Positions 39,324-52,645 of a DNA stretch of 64,000 nt are shown here, one piece after another (position 1 is the stretch's first letter; every line of letters starts with the position of its first letter). The notes below the pieces were generated by a model. The model made no database searches. It had not been told where the DNA came from and worked only from the letters and a program-made list of their open reading frames with translations. The position numbers were made by a program, and so were the translations under genes. Source of the stretch: Eledone cirrhosa (taxonomy: Eukaryota); NCBI GenBank assembly GCA_964016885.1, contig OZ024762.1:15500001-15564000 (forward strand), in the 5' to 3' direction.

Positions 39324-39665
39324 CTAGGTTAATTAAATATAAAGAAACACAGAAAGATTATTTATGTATCTGCTTATTATTATATATAATAAGGGCGGTG
39401 GACTGGCAGTATCGGTAGAGGGTCTGACGCCATGCTTTGCAGCAAAGAGTTACGCCCCTTTATGGTTTGAGTTCAAATCCCGCCGAGGTTAACTTTGCCT
39501 TTCATCCTTACGGGGTCGATAAAATAAAGTACCAGTAATGCACTGGATAATTGCTGGCCTTGTGCCAAAAGTAGAAACAATTATATATAATAAATGGTAT
39601 ATAATCTATTATATATATATATATATACATATATATATGCAACCCCGTTCTTCGCCCAACCCTTA

Positions 39666-39716
<51 letters not shown>

Positions 39717-40138
39717 ACACCTACACACACACACCACCTTCAGCCCTCCCCGCTCGGACACCCTGTCTCCCTCTCCCCACTCCACCCGCCACCACCCCTA
39801 TACCCCCCACACCCTTCCACCACCTGTTTTACCCCTTTTTAATTTCAGCTTATTTTGATCATGCTTTTATATATATTTATTTTTATTTCATTCCTTTTAT
39901 TTTGATCATGCTTTATTTTTATTTTTATTTTTAATTTCATTCGCACCGTTTCCTTTCGCTATATGTCTCTCCACCACTCCCCTACACACCCTTTGAACTC
40001 TGTTCCCACACACTTCTCACCTGAGGAAGGGCTTATGCCCGAAACGTCGTTCCCCACCACCACCCCACTCTCCAGAGCGTGAAATTAATAAACATTCGTT
40101 GTACTGCCTCTCTGTTTTGTTCCTGTTCAAATTTTTCC

Positions 40139-40173
<35 letters not shown>

Positions 40174-41097
40174 TTTTTACCACACCCTATCTGATATATA
40201 TATATAGTAATAATAATTGTTTCTACTATTGGCACAAGGCCACCAATTACCCAGTACATTACTGGTACTTTATTTTATCGACCCCGTAAGGATGAAAGGT
40301 AAAGTTAACCTCAGCCGGATTTGAACTCAGAATGGCAAGGGCCGTAGCTCTATGCGTCAAAGCATGGTGTCCAACCCTCTACCGATACTGCCAATCTACC
40401 ACCTTATATATATAGTAATAGTAATAAATTTGAAGACTAAAATCCAAAGAGGGCTCGATAAGGATAAATATATATCAGATATATAAGAACCGTAGAGCAA
40501 ATATTTATTAAAATAACAGATTAAAGTTTAAGCAAAGAATCGCTGCTTTCACCTTTAACGGGATCTTCTGAAACTGAGTTTCAGAAGATCCCGTTAAGGG
40601 TGAGTGTCTTAACGTTTCAGACGCTAGTCCTTCATCAGAAGGAAGAATGAAAAATAAGATAGATTGAGGGGATGGAATTGGAAAAAATGTCTTTAGATAA
40701 AAATAACAGGTCCATCACCGTTTTACATCCGTTCTTCCATGCTAGCATGGGTTAGATGGATTATATACATATATATATATAAACAGACACACATATATAT
40801 ATGTATGGAGGCACATGGCTTAGTGGTTAGAGCATTGGCCTTGCAAGCTGGGAAAAGCGGACGTAAAATGATGATGATGATGATATATATATATATCCAA
40901 CTGGCTTGTTCCAACTCATAGCAGTGTCGATCCAAAGCCAGGCTCCGATACTGTGGTTTTGCAGTGAGATGGGTTCGGCGCAGCCAACTAGCCTGTGCCT
41001 TCTCATTGCGGTGCCATCCAGTTCCCTTCCATTCTTCTCATGGCCCACCACCACCCACCACCCTCTCCAACCGTCTCATTTCTTTCTGGAATCTTAC

Positions 41098-41277
41098 CTG
41101 ACTTCTGCTGACATAACTGAACAACTTCTTAAAACTAAGCGGGTGCAACAACGTCAACCAAAAGATGATTATCACAATGGCCAGCACACCATACGTCAAA
41201 TAAAATATTCTAGGTAACAGAGCATGGTTGGAATTATGGAATACAGCTGCTGAAATTGCCAAAGCAAGAACCACACT
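41098..41277 (-). CDS. DOLK: Dolichol kinase coding exon 7
   Basis: ttccag / gtaaga, 180 nt; transmembrane SVVLALAISAAVF...FYLTYGVLAIVIIIFWLTLLHP. Confidence 0.85.
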
Positions 41278-41333
41278 CTGGAAAATAAATTCAAAATTGT
41301 ATATAATTTTCAAAAAATAGTATAATGCTAATA

Positions 41334-42788
41334 AAAATACACCCAGCACACTCTGTAAAGTGGTAGTACTGGTGTCATGATAAAATACATCCAGTACACT
41401 CTGTAAAGTGGTAGTGCTGGTGTCATGATAAAATACACCCAGTATACTCTGTAAAGTGGTAGTGCTGGTGTCATGATAAAATACACCCGGTATACTCTGT
41501 AAAGTGGTAGTGTTGGTGTCATAATAAAATACACCCAGTACACTCTGTGAAATGGTAGTGTTGCTGTCATAATAAAATACACCCAGTATACTCTGTGAAA
41601 TGGTAGTGTTGGTGTCATGATAAAATACACCCAGTACACTCTGTAAAATGGTAGTGTTGCTGTCATAATAAAATACACCCAGTATACTCTGTGAAATGGT
41701 AGTGTTGGTGTCATGATAAAATACACCCAGTACACTCTGTGAAATGGTAGTGTTGGTGTCATAATAAAATACATCGAGTACACTCTGTAAAGTGGTAGTG
41801 CTGGTGTCATGATACAATACACTCAGTACACTCTGTAAAGTGGTAGTGTTGGTGTCATGATAAAATACATCCAGTACACTCTGTAAAGTGGTAGTGCTGG
41901 TGTCATGATAAAATACGCCCAGTATACTCTGTAAAGTGGTAGTACTGGTGCCATGATGAAACACACCCAGTACACTCTGTAAAGTGGTAGTGGTGGTGTC
42001 ATGATAAAATACACCCAGTACACTCTGTAAAGTGGTAGTGTTGGTGTCATGATAAAATACACCCAGTACACTCTGTGAAATGGTAGTGTTGGTGTCATAA
42101 TAAAATACATCCAGTACACTCTGTAAAGTGGTAGTGCTGGTGTCATGATAAAATACGCCCAGTATACTCTGTAAAGTGGTAGTACTGGTGCCATGATGAA
42201 ACACACCCAGTTCACTCTGTAAAGTGGTAGTGTTGGTGTCATGGTAAAACACTCTGTAAAGTGGTAGTGTTGGTGTCATGATAAAATACACCCAGTACAC
42301 TCTGTAAAGTTGTAGTTCTGGTGTCATGATAAAATACACCCAGTACACTCTGTAAAGTGGTAGTGTTGGTGTCATAATAAAATACACCCAGTACACTCTG
42401 TGAAGTGGTAGTGTTGGTGTCATAATAAAATACATCCAGTACACTTTGTAAAGTGGTAGTGCTGGTGTCATGATGAAACACACCCAGTACACTCTGTAAA
42501 GTGGTAGTGTTGGTGTCATGGTAAAACACTCTGTAAAGTGGTAGTGCTGGTGTCATGATAAAATACACCCAGTACACTCTGTAAAGTTGTAGTTCTGGTG
42601 TCATGATAAAATACACCCAGTACACTCTGTGAAGTGGTAGTGCTGGTGTCATAATAAAATACACCCAGTACACTCTGTGAAGTGGTAGTGTTGGTGTCAT
42701 GATAAAATATACCCAGTACACTCTGTAAAGTGGTAGTGCTGGTGTCATGATAAAATACACCCAGTACACTCTGTGAAGTGGTAGTGTT
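41334..42788. repeat. 48-bp minisatellite, about 30 units
   Basis: Unit aaaatacacccagtacactctgtaaagtggtagtgttggtgtcatgat; a 4-unit inverse-orientation array lies at 3843-4050. Confidence 0.95.
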
Positions 42789-43067
42789 GATAGGGGTTTA
42801 ACCTTGCGATGGACTGCTGTCCTGTCCAGGGAGGAGTCTTGTACTCACAGTCGTTTCATGCCATGAAACCGGGATAAGCACCAGTCTAACAACAGACTCC
42901 AAATTAATTGAAATCCATAAAAAATATGGTAACGAAAGGTTAAATTATGCTCCAAACACCAACTTAATAATGAGCACATTAGTTAAGATACTAAATCTCT
43001 CCGAATTCTTGAATATTTTCAAAATAATTTGAAATTTATAGGCTGTGTTTTAAAAATATATACTTAC

Positions 43068-43115
43068 AGCAGTTATATCTTCCTGGCCTAAAGTATAGTC
43101 TGCTGCTTGTATTTT
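43068..43115 (-). CDS. DOLK: Dolichol kinase coding exon 6
   Basis: ttacag / gtaagt, 48 nt, phase 0-0; KIQAADYTLGQEDITA. Symmetric, so not required by phase. Confidence 0.65.
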
Positions 43116-44264
43116 CTGTAATACATAGAGAAATAAATATATACATATATACATATATATACAATATAGAGAGGAAAAACACAGGAGAGTGTGTTTTCAT
43201 TACATATATATTATTTGGTAGTATTGGTAGAGGGCCGGACGCCATGCTTTGACGCATAGAGTTACGGCCCTTGCCATTCTGAGTTCAAATCCCGCCGAGG
43301 TTAACTTTGCCTTTCATCCTTACGGGGTCAATAAAATAAAGTACCAGTAATGCACTGGGATAATTGCTGGCCTTGTGCCAAAAGTAGAAACAATTATTAT
43401 TACTTTCAAAGTGAAGGATGTCATGGATGATACAAAATCAAACATATGTCTTGTCTCTAAAAACAGCTCAAGATAGAATTCAGAGAATAAAATCGAGCCT
43501 TAATCATTATAAGAAAGTGATTGAAATATATTCATACACAGATAAGTTTGCACTAAGACATATCAAAACATAGAACTAGAGACAATCTACACTGAAAGTA
43601 AGATTGCATAATTCGTTGAGTATCTTATTAAATTTTATATAAAATTTAAAACAAAATACCTGATAACGATCAAAATATATATATATATCATCATCATCAT
43701 CATTCGTCGACTACTGTCGAGATGATGGATCTCACTCTCATGCCCCAGAATTCCCTGTCCCCCATCGCCGCCCCCAGGTCCTGTCTACTGATTCCCGTAT
43801 CCTTAGAGATAACGTCAGGGAATGACAGCTTCCTACTCCTAGTCAGGCTGGAGTCAGGGTTCCAGAGCAAGAGAGCGGATATGATTTCATTGCTGGCACG
43901 GTGACAGCAATGAAATATATATAACCCATGCTAGCATGGAAGAACGGACGTAAAACGGTGATGATGATGATGATATATATATATATATATATATATTAGT
44001 TTATATATATATATGGGATAACAAATTATCGTTATAGGTAATCCAGTTAGAGGTTGTGAGTACTCTGTAAGGTTGAGTGACACAACTGAGTGATTAGCAA
44101 CCTTTAGACACCCTAATCAATGTAACAATTGTTAATACTGTAAATAAAACCCTTTTTGTACTGTTGACCATGTTATTTTCTTCTTCACTCTTTCACTATA
44201 TATATATATATGTACATATACAAACACACACGCACATATATATATATTTTTTTTTTTTTTTTTG

Positions 44265-46765
44265 TCACATCACCAGTCTGAGCAGATGGATAATGGAGTC
44301 GGGTCCATAACTCCTATGGCTGACCTTGAGCCAATCCTCTGCGAAACACACGTAACAGGAGAAGGAATATCAGGTGTAGTGTTGATGGCGAATTTCAGGA
44401 AGCATGGAAGTTTTGAAGGATGCAGTATCCTGACAGCTAACAACTGATGCAGGTAGTTTCTTCCATGGAGGTTTTAAAGGATGCAGTGTCTCGACAGCTA
44501 ACAACTGATGCAGGTAGTTTCTTCCATGGAGGTTTTAAAGGATACAGTGTCTCGACTGCTAACAACTGATGCAGGTAGTTTGTTCCATGGAGGTTTTAAA
44601 GGATACAGTGTCTCGACAGCTAACAACTGATGCAGGTAGTTTGTTCCATGGAGGTTTTAAAGGATGCAGTGTCTCGACAGCTAACAACTGATGCAGGTAG
44701 TTTGTTCCATGGAGGTTTTAAAGGATGCAGTGTCTCGACAGCTAACAACTGATGCAGGTAGTTTGTTCCATGGAGGTTTTAAAGGATGCAGTGTCTCGAC
44801 AGCTAACAACTGATGCAGGTAGTTTGTTCCATGGAGGTTTTAAAGGATGCAGTGTCTCGACAGCTAACAACTGATGCAGGTAGTTTGTTCCATGGAGGTT
44901 TTAAAGGATGCAGTGTCTCGACAGCTAACAACTGATGCAGGTAGTTTGTTCCATGGAGGTTTTAAAGGATGCAGTGTCTCGACAGCTAACAACTGATGCA
45001 GGTAGTTTGTTCCATGGAGGTTTTAAAGGATGCAGTGTCTCGACAGCTAACAACTGATGCAGGTAGTTTGTTCCATGGAGGTTTTAAAGGATGCAGTGTC
45101 TCGACAGCTAACAACTGATGCAGGTAGTTTGTTCCATGGAGGTTTTAAAGGATGCAGTGTCTCGACAGCTAACAACTGATGCAGGTAGTTTGTTCCATGG
45201 AGGTTTTAAAGGATGCAGTGTCTCGACAGCTAACAACTGATGCAGGTAGTTTGTTCCATGGAGGTTTTAAAGGATGCAGTGTCTCGACAGCTAACAACTG
45301 ATGCAGGTAGTTTGTTCCATGGAGGTTTTAAAGGATGCAGTGTCTCGACAGCTAACAACTGATGCAGGTAGTTTGTTCCATGGAGGTTTTAAAGGATGCA
45401 GTGTCTCGACAGCTAACAACTGATGCAGGTAGTTTGTTCCATGGAGGTTTTAAAGGATGCAGTGTCTCGACAGCTAACAACTGATGCAGGTAGTTTGTTC
45501 CATGGAGGTTTTAAAGGATGCAGTGTCTCGACAGCTAACAACTGATGCAGGTAGTTTGTTCCATGGAGGTTTTAAAGGATGCAGTGTCTCGACAGCTAAC
45601 AACTGATGCAGGTAGTTTGTTCCATGGAGGTTTTAAAGGATGCAGTGTCTCGACAGCTAACAACTGATGCAGGTAGTTTGTTCCATGGAGGTTTTAAAGG
45701 ATGCAGTGTCTCGACAGCTAACAACTGATGCAGGTAGTTTGTTCCATGGAGGTTTTAAAGGATGCAGTGTCTCGACAGCTAACAACTGATGCAGGTAGTT
45801 TGTTCCATGGAGGTTTTAAAGGATGCAGTGTCTCGACTGCTAACAACTGATGCAAGTAGTTTGTTCCATGGAGGTTTTAAAGGATGCAGTGTCTCGACTG
45901 CTAACAACTGATGCAAGTAGTTTGTTCCATGGAGGTTTTAAAGGATGCAGTGTCTCGACTGCTAACAACTGATGCAAGTAGTTTGTTCCATGGAGGTGTT
46001 AAAGGATGCAGTGTCTCGACAGCTAACAACTGATGCAAGTAGTTTGTTCCATGGAGGTTTTAAAGGATGCAGTGTCTCGACTGCTAACAACTGATGCAGG
46101 TAGTTTGTTCTTGGAGGTTTTAAAGGATACAGTGTCTCGACAGCTAACAACTGATGCAGGTAGTTTGTTCCTGGAGGTTTTAAAGGATACAGTGTCTCGA
46201 CTGCTAACAACTGATGCAAGTAGTTTGTTCCTGGAGGTTTTAAAGGATACAGTGTCTCGACAGTTAACAACTGATGCAGGTAGTTTGTTCCTGGAGGTTT
46301 TAAAGGATGCAGTATCTCAACAGTTAACAACTGATGCAGGTAGTTTGTTCCATGCTTCAGCAACTCTGAGCATGAAAAAATGTTTCCGAAAGTCATGGGA
46401 GCTGTGCTGTTTTCTGACTTTGTAAGGCATGCCCACGTGTCTTAGACACATGGAATATATAAAAGGTGCTTAGGGTTGTTGTTGGCAAGATGGTTAATAA
46501 TTTTGTGGGTGTTTACCAAGTCAGTTGCCAGACTTCGGAGCGTCAATGTATCCATGCCCAGGGAAACAAGGTGTTAAGAGTATGGTAGATGCCTGATGGA
46601 GGGTATTCGTTTGGTTGCACGTCTCTGAACAGTTTCCAGGAGGTCAACATTCTGAGGTGGCCGTACCATAGCTACATACAACTTTAAAAAGATAGCCAGA
46701 GAGTGGCTGACAAAGGTCTTATTGGGTGAGGCTAAGAAACCCTCGGCCTTCTTAACTAAATCCCT
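44265..46765 (-). mobile_element. 3' fragment of a closely related CR1 LINE with an internal 61-bp tandem expansion
   Basis: LETVQRRATKRIPSIRHLPYS is shared with the 34.1-kb copy; the array lies inside its ORF2 end. Confidence 0.85.
44400..46355. repeat. 61-bp minisatellite, about 31 units
   Basis: Unit ttccatggaggttttaaaggatgcagtgtctcgacagctaacaactgatgcaggtagtttg; central units identical. Confidence 0.95.
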
Positions 46766-46856
46766 ACAAGGCATGTCATCAACAGTTTAAAGACTTACAG
46801 CAGTAAAAGGATAGGAAAAGATTAAAAAAGATTTTAAGTGGAGACAAATGTGTTAC

Positions 46857-47020
46857 CTTTAGTAGAAAGATGGCGCTTTTGTGGACAAAATAGACTATCA
46901 GTTGTGAAACCAAAACCAATTCTCCATAGGAAAAAGTCTTTGGCAGTAGCCGCAATAAGTTTCTCATTAGATAAAGGTGAGAAATTACCATCATAACAAT
47001 ACCAAAACGTTCTAGCCAGT
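46857..47020 (-). CDS. DOLK: Dolichol kinase coding exon 5
   Basis: tttcag / gtaaca, 164 nt; LLPKTFSYGE matches the DOLK LPRCFTPGE motif. Confidence 0.9.
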
Positions 47021-47059
47021 CTGAAAGTTTAAAATATTATTGTTATTATTATTATTGTT

Positions 47060-47621
47060 CTTTGAGTCTCAGTCATTGATGTTATTTAACTGGAAAGTTT
47101 GTTGAAATGAATATCAAGCCGCTACCTGCAGCCTCAGACATTTGGGACGTATCGGAGGGTTCTTGCTGTTCCCAGCAAACATGCCTTTTGAAGTGTTCCA
47201 AAAAATGGGGCTCGACTAATCTTCTTTAACCATCCTTGGAAACTCTTTGAGATAGTACCTAGTGCTCCTATGACAATGAGGACCACTTTGACTTCATGGC
47301 AGTTCCAAATCCTTTTTAACTCCCACTTTAAGTCCTGGTATCGGTTAATTTTCTCCCTCTCCTTTTCTTACACTCTTGTGTCAAATGAGCAGGCTACATC
47401 TACAATCAGGCACAATCTTTTTTCCTTGTCAAAAACCACCAGGTCAGGCCTATTGTGTTCTAATTTCTTGTCCGTCTGTACCCTAAACTCCCATAGCATC
47501 TTCACCTGATCGTTTTCTATCATCGACTCTACTTTATGCTCATACCACTTCTCAGAATGTGGTAAATTGTTTAGTTTGCATAGATGGCAGTGGATCACCC
47601 TGCCTATCATATCATGTCTCC
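47060..47621 (-). mobile_element. R4/Dong-clade non-LTR retrotransposon 3' fragment (restriction-like endonuclease)
   Basis: RHD...KWYEH...LWEFRVQTD...NRPDLVV...IVDVAC...EK..RY.DL...IVIGALG...LQKACLLGTA with an internal stop; flanked by (TAA)n. Confidence 0.85.
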
Positions 47622-48104
47622 ATTATTATTATTATTGAGTTCAAATCCCGCCGAAGTTAACTTTGCCTTTCATCCTTACGGGGTCGATAAAATAAAGTAC
47701 CAGTAATGTACTGGATAATTGCTGGCCTTGTGCCAAAAGTAGAAACAATTATTATTATTATTGGTGGATTGGCAGTATCGGTAGAGAGTCGGACGCCATG
47801 CTTTGCAGCATAGAGTTACGGCCCTTTATGGTGTGAGTTCAAATCTCGTCGAGGTTAACCTTACCTTTCATCCTTACGGGGAAATAAAGTACCAGTAATA
47901 CACTAGGATAATTTCTGGCCTTGTGCCAAAAGTAGAAACAATTATTATTATTAATATTAGGTAGTGGGTTGGCAGAGTCATTACAGGAACATACACTATG
48001 CCATTACCCCCTCCCCTGCTTATAAGAATTGAAGCAAATGTCCACACACATCTACATCTCTCTACCATACATACACACACACTTATCTTTTTGCCATATA
48101 TATA

Positions 48105-51100
48105 TCCACACTGTAAGGTGGCCATGTAGGTGACACAGTAAAAAGACTCCCAGTCCACACTGTAAAGTGGTAGTGTAGGTGACACGGTGAAAAGGCTCCC
48201 AGTCCACACTGTAAAGTGGTAGTGTAGGAGACACAGTAAAAAGGCTCCCAGTCCACACTGTAAGGTGGCCGTGTAGGAGACACAGTAAAAATACTCCCAG
48301 TCTACACTGTAAGGTGGTAGTGTAGGAGACACAGTAAAAAGGCTCCCAGTCCACACTGTAAGGTGGCCGTGTAGGAGACACTGTAAGGTTGCTGTGTAGG
48401 AGACACAGTAAAAATACTCCCAGTCTACACTGTAAGGTGGTAGTGTAGGAGACACAGTAAAAAGGCTCCCAGTCCACACTGTAAGGTGGCCGTGTAGGAG
48501 ACACAGTAAAAAGGCTCCCAGTCCACACTGTAAGGTGGCCGTGTAGGAGACACAGTAAAAATACTCCCAGTCTACACTGTAAGGTGGCCGTGTAGGAGAC
48601 ACAGTAAAAATACTCCCAGTCTACACTGTAAGGTGGTAGTGTAGGAGACACAGTAAAAAGGCTCCCAGTCCACACTGTAAGGTGGCCGTGTAGGAGACAC
48701 AGTAAAAAGGCTCCCAGTCCACACTGTAAGGTTGCTGTGTAGGAGACACAGTAAAAATACTCCCAGTCTACACTGTAAGGTGGTAGTGTAGGAGACACAG
48801 TAAAAAGGCTCCCAGTCCACACTGTAAGGTGGCCGTGTAGGTGACACAGTAAAAAGGCTCCCAGTCCACACTGTAAAGTGGTAGTGTAGGAGACACGGTG
48901 AAAAGGCTCCCAGTCCACACTGTAAGGTTGCTGTGGAGGAGACACAGTAAAAAGACTCCCAGTCCACACTGTAAGGTGGCCATGTAGGAGACACAGTAAA
49001 AAGACTCCCAGTCCACACTGTAAAGTGGTAGTGTAGGAGACACAGTAAAAAGACTCCCAGTCCACACTGTAAAGTGGTCATGTAGGTGACACGGTGAAAA
49101 GGCTCCCAGTCCACACTGTAAGGTGGTAGTGTAGGAGACACAGTAAAAAGGCTCCCAGTCCACACTGTAAGGTGGTAGTGTAGGAGACACAGTAAAAAGG
49201 CTCCCAGTCCACACTGTAAGGTGGCCGTGTAGGAGACACAGTAAAAAGGCTCCCAGTCCACACTGTAAGGTGGCCGTGTAGGTAACACAGTAAAAAGGCT
49301 CCCAGTCTACACTGTAAGGTGGTAGTGTAGGAGACACAGTAAAAAGGCTCCCAGTCCACACTGTAAGGTGGTAGTGTAGGAGACACAGTAAAAAGACTCC
49401 CAGTCCACACTGTAAGGTGGTAGTGTAGGAGACACAGTAAAAAGGCTCCCAGTCCACACTGTAAGGTGGCCGTGTAGGAGACACAGTAAAAAGGCTCCCA
49501 GTCCACACTGTAAGGTGGCCGTGTAGGAGACACAGTAAAAAGGCTCCCAGTCCACACTGTAAGGTGGTAGTGTAGGAGACACAGTAAAAAGGCTCCCAGT
49601 CCACACTGTAAGGTGGTAGTGTAGGAGACACAGTAAAAAGGCTCCCAGTCCACACTGTAAGGTGGCCGTGTAGGAGACACAGTAAAAAGGCTCCCAGTCC
49701 ACACTGTAAGGTGGCCGTGTAGGTAACACAGTAAAAAGGCTCCCAGTCTACACTGTAAGGTGGTAGTGTAGGAGACACAGTAAAAAGGCTCCCAGTCCAC
49801 ACTGTAAGGTGGTAGTGTAGGAGACACAGTAAAAAGACTCCCAGTCCACACTGTAAGGTGGTAGTGTAGGAGACACAGTAAAAAGGCTCCCAGTCCACAC
49901 TGTAAGGTGGCCGTGTAGGAGACACAGTAAAAAGGCTCCCAGTCCACACTGTAAAGTGGTAGTGTAGGAGACACAGTAAAAAGGCTCCCAGTCCACACTG
50001 TAAGGTGGCCGTGTAGGAGACACAGTAAAAAGGCTCCCAGTCCACACTGTAAAGTGGTAGTGTAGGAGACACAGTAAAAAGGCTCCCAGTCCACACTGTA
50101 AGGTGGCCGTGTAGGAGACACAGTAAAAAGGCTCCCAGTCCACACTGTAAAGTGGTAGTGTAGGAGACACAGTAAAAAGACTCCCAGTCCACACTGTAAA
50201 GTGGTAGTGTAGGAGACACAGTAAAAAGGCTCCCAGTCCACACTGTAAAGTGGTAGTGTAGGAGACACAGTAAAAAGGCTCCCAGTCCACACTGTAAGGT
50301 GGTAGTGTAGGTAACACAGTAAAAAGGCTCCCAGTCCACACTGTAAAGTGGTAGTGTAGGAGACACAGTAAAAAGGCTCCCAGTCCACACTGTAAGGTGG
50401 TAGTGTAGGAGACACAGTAAAAAGGCTCCCAGTCCACACTGTAAAGTGGTAGTGTAGGAGACAGTAAAAAGGCTCCCAGTCCACACTGTAAGGTGGTAGT
50501 GTAGGAGACACAGTAAAAAGGCTCCCAGTCCACACTGTAAAGTGGTAGTGTAGGAGACACAGTAAAAAGGCTCCCAGTCCACACTGTAAGGTGGTAGTGT
50601 AGGTAACACAGTAAAAAGGCTCCCAGTCCACACTGTAAGGTGGTAGTGTAGGAGACACAGTAAAAAGACTCCCAGTCCACACTGTAAGGTGGCCGTGTAG
50701 GAGACACAGTAAAAAGGCTCCCAGTCCACACTGTAAAGTGGTAGTGTAGGAGACACAGTAAAAAGACTCCCAGTCCACACTGTAAAGTGGTAGTGTAGGA
50801 GACACAGTAAAAAGGCTCCCAGTCAACACTGTAAGGTGGCCGTGTAGGTGACACGGTAAAAAGACTCCCAGTCCACACTGTAAAGTGGTAGTGTAGGTGA
50901 CACGGTAAAAAGGGTCCCAGTCCACACTGTAAAGTGGTAGTGTAGGTGACACGGTAAAAAGACTCCCAGTCCACACTGTAAAGTGGTAGTGTAGGTGACA
51001 CGGTAAAACGACTCCCAGTCCACACTGTAAAGTGGTAGTGTAGGTGACACGGTAAAAAGGCTCCCAGTCCACACTGTAAAGTGGTAGTGTAGGTGACACG

Positions 51101-51175
51101 GTAAAACGACTCCCAGTCCACACTGTAAAGTGGTAGTGTAGGAGACATGGTAAAAAGGCTCTCAGCACTCACTGT
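48105..51175. repeat. 49-bp minisatellite, about 63 units
   Basis: Unit agtaaaaaggctcccagtccacactgtaaggtggtagtgtaggagacac; grades into an RTE 3' UTR at 51150. Confidence 0.95.
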
Positions 51176-51774
51176 AAATGTGGTTGGTGTTAGGAAGGGC
51201 ATCCAGCTGTAAAAAAACCTGCCAGAGACACTTCTGTACAAGCGGGACAGTCTCCCGACCATTTCTGCATCAAGTGGGACAAACCCGTCTAACCCATGCT
51301 AGCGTGGAAGATGGACGTTAAACGATGATCATGATGATGATGATATATATATCCCTTTCACATCTCTGCCACACATATATACATACATCCCTATTACATG
51401 TGTATGTGTGTGTGTGTGTGTGACAGCTCACACCTATGCAAGTTTAGCTGGCCTCCTCAAAGGTGTATCTCGTTGGAGGTGTCTTGGGTGATTTAATGAT
51501 AGGGGCCCCAGTCCTATCATCTCATTTCTACAGCTGAGTAAACTGGAGCAACGTGAAATAAAATGTCTTGCTCAAGGTAACAACACATCACCCGGTCCGA
51601 GAATTGAACTCACAACCTTCCAAGTGCAAGCCCAATGCTCTAACCACTAAGCCATGCACCTTCACGTCTTTACATACACATATATGTATACATCCTTGGG
51701 ACCCAAGAGTATATTATTACAATAGATAAATAAATATAACCAATAATACAAAAAAGGCCCTTCAAAATCCTCAC

Positions 51775-51951
51775 CTTTTGTCATGGAGAATGCAAAAGAG
51801 GCCCCAATAACAGCCACCAACATTGTTTCTATGTACCTATATTTGTTCCAAGGAAGGATTGATTCTCGAAGAAGATGCCATGCTAAATATATGGGGTTCA
51901 GAATTAGGAGAAACCCTTGAAGAAAAAGTCCTTTGTTTGATACTGAAGAAC
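51775..51951 (-). CDS. DOLK: Dolichol kinase coding exon 4
   Basis: ttctag / gtgagg, 177 nt; hydrophobic SSVSNKGLFLQGFLLILNPIYLAWHLL...VAVIGASFAFSMTK. Confidence 0.8.
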
Positions 51952-52442
51952 CTAGAAAAAAATTAAAAAAACATTTTTTAATATTTGAAATAAATTTATT
52001 ATTTTAGGGATATATGAGGGCCGGCTGGTGCTAGAGCTGTGAAATCTTGCATGCATTAATTTCACCCCTTATTATATACATATATCATTTCATTTCATTT
52101 CATTTTACGTCCACTTTTTCCCTGCTTGCAAGGGTGGGACGGGAACTGATTCTGGCTTGATTTCTACAGCTGGATGTCCTTCCTAACACCAACCTCATTT
52201 ACAGTGAGTGCTGGGTGCTTTTTTGCCGTGGCACCTTCACGACCACTTTGCAGTGGAATGATAGGGAACTCAGTCCTATCATCTCATTTCTACAGCTGAG
52301 TAAACTGGAGCAATGTGAAATAAAGTGTCTTGCTCAAGGAAACAACACATCACCCGGTCTGAGAATTGAACTCACAACCTTTCGATTGCAAGCCCAATGC
52401 TCTAACCACTAAGCCATGTGCCTCCATATATATATATATGTA

Positions 52443-52645
52443 TACAAGGGTTGGCTGAAATGTCCATAGGCTGACTATGAAGGAGTGATGCTAGGGCTGT
52501 GAAATCTTGCATAGATTGATTTCAACTCTTCTTATTAATAACTGCATTGTTTCTTTCCAGGGACTATGTTGGAAAAATAAACCTCATTTGGTCATTCCAT
52601 GAGAGTATCTTGGTTAGCCTATGAACTTTTCAGCTTTCTCTCATA
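52443..52645. mobile_element. Mariner-type MITE
   Basis: Imperfect TIRs (caagggttggctgaaa / tttcagc..ctc), TA flanks; homologue at 59830-60165 with an internal duplication. Confidence 0.55.

Noticed and set aside
41038-42769. 493-aa and neighbouring repetitive ORFs
   Set aside because: 48-bp minisatellite read-through; only 41098-41277 is a real exon.
44400-51175. CRISPR-like appearance of the regular arrays
   Set aside because: No unique spacers, no cas genes, eukaryotic context; the units derive from LINE sequence.
47874-51262. Long - strand ORFs (up to 696 aa) of repeated Cys/Tyr-rich peptide
   Set aside because: Produced by a mostly stop-free 49-bp unit cycling through all three frames; RTE UTR-derived and intronic.
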